64,000 bases of DNA from Felis catus (Eukaryota). The notes below the pieces were generated by a model that did no database searches, had not been told where the DNA came from, and saw only the letters and a program-made list of their open reading frames with translations. Each line of letters opens with the position of its first letter. The first letter of the stretch is position 1. The DNA lies in NCBI RefSeq assembly GCF_018350175.1, contig NC_058368.1, positions 159,590,001 through 159,654,000 of the forward strand. The letters run 5' to 3'. Both the position numbers and the translations under genes were made by a program. Positions 60,300-64,000 of the stretch are shown piece by piece.

Positions 60300-60640
60300 A
60301 ACCAACCAAATTTATTTATTCAACATACTGTTACTGGGAGTCTATTATGGGTCGGGCACTTCATAAAATACTGGAAATATACAAAGATGAATAATAAATA
60401 CACTATCCCAGTCCTGTGGTTCACAGCTTAGGAGGGGAGATAGATACATAAACAAACAGCTAAGGCTACAATGTGTCACACACTGCCGCTGGGTTGGAAG
60501 TAAAGGAGGGTGAGAGAACACAAAGGAAATGCTAATTAACGGTCCAGAGAAAGGAAGCACTGGCTGTGGTAGAAGCCCCCTCTTCCCTAGGTCTTAAGTG
60601 AGTGTGTAGGAGTTTGCCAAGGAGAGGAAACAACACATGG
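60300..60640 (-). mobile_element. L2 LINE 3' fragment
   Basis: TTTATTCAACATACTGTTACTGGGAGTCTATTATGGGTCGGGCACT…ATACAAAGATGAATAA. Confidence 0.7.
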
Positions 60641-62566
60641 AAGGGGAAAAAAAAAAAAGGTGATGCGCTTTCTAAGCATATTTAATTACATTCTAACAAG
60701 ATTCTAAGTCTTGGCTGGAAAGAGTAACTAGTGTTTTCCTGAGCTGAGGCCTTCTCCACGTGCTCCAGATCAAAGTCATATTCAGCAGCTCATTATACAT
60801 TTTCAAATTTGCACAGCCTAAGTCTAAGTAGTAAGGGACCACAGAAACATCAGAGGCTGAAAAGACAGGTGGTTTTAAAGTTAGGAACCTCAAATTCAAG
60901 GTCATGATTTGGGGAAATAAGAAGGGAGACAAGAAAAGCGAGAGAGGCTAGAGAAGGAAGAAAAGGGAAACAAAGAAGAGCTGGCATTAACATTTACAAA
61001 ATTGTTCTCTTGGGTGTGATCACCCAAGACTGGGCCTCATAAGACCGGGCCTTATGAGGTTATTGTATCAAATGCATTAATGATGATGAAAGTGCTTTGT
61101 AAAATGCAGAAGCTGTCCAAACAAGTACCATTATCACTGAGGGTGAGCTTCAGCCCATAATGGAGAGGGGGCCCATTCTCGGGTCCAAATGCAGCTGTGC
61201 TCCAAGAGCTGCCATCTCTGAAGAGAAGACAGAGATGAGAGGACTTCTGGGAAGAACTGAAAGGGCATATGCGTGCACGGGGGTGTGACCTCCCTCGGCT
61301 CTGTTGCATTGCAGAGGGAATTTCCTGTGCCAGCTCAGCCATAGCCTGCCTTTCCTACAGGATATCAAGCTCCAAGTTTACAGTTCCTATCAGGGAGTCT
61401 CTTTGTTTGAACAAAGCCTCATTTGTTAGGAAGTGTCACAGATCATCGTGTATCAGATGCAAGATTGAATGTCCCTCAAGCACAAAGACATGCAAAGCTA
61501 TGCCAGGATACCAGCAATGGGGCTTTTCACCATGAGAAAACAGATGGTCAGAGGGAAAAAGGCCAGTCTTTATGGAAAAGAAATTCTTCCAACCCACCCC
61601 CACCCATTCCCCACTTCCCTTTTCTCCCCCACCCCACCCCCTGCTCTCCTTTCACTCCATTGCCCTGACAGGGAAACATTCGATATGCTGCAACATCATC
61701 TGATGTTTGTGTCCTTTTAATTAAACCAAGAGATCTGGAATAGGGACGCCCTTGTCTTCCCAGAGAAATGATTTCAAAAAGAAGATAATAGAACCTCTTT
61801 TTCTTCAGGCTTGCAAGAGCCTTGTGTGTAATTTGTCCTTTGCAAGAGCAATCAAAGATAACCGGTACGCAATTGATTACGGGCTTTGTGTCCTTTTAAT
61901 TACTTGTTTCTACACACTGGTTTAGTTACATGCTGAAAGCAGATCTGTCTGAGTTCTCTCTAAGCTGCAGTGCTTTCTTCTGCTTACATGGTTGAATAAT
62001 AAAGCTATTAGTAAGCCACCACCACATAGAACAATCCTATCAGACTGAGATAGATCTTGAATCTTGCCTTTCTTTATTCTTCCAATAGGCTATTAGATGT
62101 TTTTATGGAAAACAAGGTTAAAGAACACAACACCATTGCTTAGCTATACAAAAATACACTACAATTTCAGGAGAGTAAAGTCTTCCTTATTCCTCAAGGA
62201 GAGTTCACAAAGACAGAAAGGTTAGAATTTATAGAGCACAGTTTTAGTTGTTTTTTTTTTCTTAATTGGCAAAGATAAGAATGCATTTTTCTCTCTTTTT
62301 GCTGAACACTAATCTATTGACTGGTATAACTGAATTACTTTCAAAAACCATAGAAAAAACCTAAAAAGTTAGTTAGCACAATACATAGATCAGAGTTGTT
62401 ATTTTTGTATTTCATGTACTGAAAAATGCTGTCAAATCAGCAAATGCCAGATGAAAATATAGGAACAATTTTATTATTTTAAGCTCTACCTAAAAACAGA
62501 CACAATAAAAGATGAGTTTGCTAATGATAGAAAGCTGACCAAATCTCTATGCCGCTATTTACTTAC

Positions 62567-62584
62567 CTGCTACTAACTTCTACC
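62567..62584 (-). other. Candidate 18-nt microexon (unassigned gene)
   Basis: CTGTTCTTTCTCTCTAG|GGTAGAAGTTAGTAGCAG|GTAAGT. Confidence 0.3.
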
Positions 62585-64000
62585 CTAGAGAGAAAGAACA
62601 GCTAATGGTTGTAACCACATAAAAGAAAACCATCTAATTTCAGTATGTAGACTCTGAGACTACAGTTGCTGAAATAGGAAATGAATGGAAAGCTTAGCCA
62701 AGTGTGTGATCCCCAGTAAGCACACTAGATCCAAGGGCCCAGCCTCCTGCTTTACCAAATCTCCAGAGATGTGAGCTACTGCAAATGGTGAACCTACCCC
62801 AAAGTCTGGGAAAACCTGGGAGTCTAGATCCCCACCCACCTGCCATGCTCAGATCCTTTATGCATCACTTCTCCCATGACATTAGATTCCTTCTCCTTCC
62901 CAGAAATGCTCTCTACTTGGCAAGCATGTATCTATCTCAAAGTGTCTGATGTGTCCTTGGTGACATGGGAAAGACCAACATTTACCTTCTTTGAATTATG
63001 GTTCCTTCTGACAAAGAGTGTGTAGTCTAGGCAAGGAAATGAGCTTTGAACACATGAAATAGTCAATGGAAAATGAACATATGAGTTCTAACTTAGAGGA
63101 GAAGGAAATCAATATAAAAAGAGCAGACAGATGAGACCCCGTGTGGGATGTAAACTGTGCTGAAGCATAAGGGACTATAAAGCAGATTGGGAAAGGCAAA
63201 GAAAAGAGGAGAAAGCATTCTAACATGGCTTCATGAGGCAGTGAGGAGTAAGGCAAGAGTATGAATAGGGAGAAACGTAAAGTTAGGAACTATGGACAAG
63301 ATCAGACTGATTACAAAAAGATCAGACTTATGTACCAGACCAACTTCTTTTTCCTTTTTCTTTTAACAAATATTTATCCAGCACACTCTGCTAAGTGTTG
63401 AACTAAGCCCTGGAGACTATAAAACACATAAGATACAGACTCTATTCCCATGAGACTCCTCATCAGATGGAAGAGACAAACTGAGTATACCAACCATCAA
63501 AATGTGCAAGTATTTGTATGCCATTCTAGGAGATCTTCATAGTTACATTAACAAAATAGGACTGTTCATTTGATATGTTTATCTTATACCCAATATAACG
63601 TATTATCTTGCTGATAGCTATAACATATGTTCCTATGTCATGTTCCTCCCTGCTGATTATTAGTTGATTAGTATTTCATGAATCCTATTCTGTTCCTGTT
63701 TTCTTCCCTCTCCAACTCTTTCCTTTTTTCAGCATTTTGTCTTCATTATCAGACAATTTCATTTAGCTCTTATTGGATCTCTCCTCTGATGTTTCACATT
63801 ATTAAGGTTCTTCCCCAAGTTTCAGTCATTGTTTCTTAAAACAACTAAGTATATATATGTACATAATTAAAAATATGTATGTGTGTGCATATATATATGT
63901 ATATTATGTGTATTTATATATGTAAAGGGGTCTTAGAAAGCTGGAGTATTGATATGAAAACCACAGTAAGCTGACCTTTGGGAAAATATACCTAAGCGTT

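Noticed and set aside
62571..62577. TACTAAC perfect branch-point heptamer on the + strand
   Set aside because: No pyrimidine tract between it and the next AG; it overlaps the minus-strand microexon candidate and is expected by chance
1..64000. Prokaryotic-type systems (operons, CRISPR, defence islands) or a CpG-island promoter
   Set aside because: The sequence is CpG-depleted, repeat-rich mammalian DNA with no long ORFs, repeat-spacer arrays or CpG island

Overview
AT-rich mammalian genomic DNA. The Can-SINE subfamily sequence (…GCTCAGAGCCTGGAGCCTGCTTCGGATTCTGTGTCTCCC…) and the carnivore-type L1 3' end point to a felid or feliform carnivore. I find no recognisable protein-coding gene, RNA gene or CRISPR array, and the window reads as a large intron or intergenic DNA. 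It is dominated by transposon remnants: 22 Can-SINEs, several L1 3' ends, an ORF1-only HAL1-like element, ERVL/MaLR/ERV1 LTRs, hAT MITEs, MIR and L2. It also has fossil CR1/L3 and RTE-X/L4-like RT fragments and a well-preserved, internally deleted Tigger/pogo transposon. Most ORFs in the track are repeat-derived or low-complexity artefacts. The main points for follow-up are the Tigger element with both transposase ends open, candidate microexons with near-ideal splice sites (12 nt on +, 18 nt and 38 nt on -), and a target site reused by successive SINE insertions. Also notable are a SINE 3' transduction, a twin-primed L1, snap-back duplication scars and a strong left/right asymmetry in SINE density. 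I cannot support a claim of a new biological system from this sequence alone. Repeat family names come from pattern recognition, not a database search.
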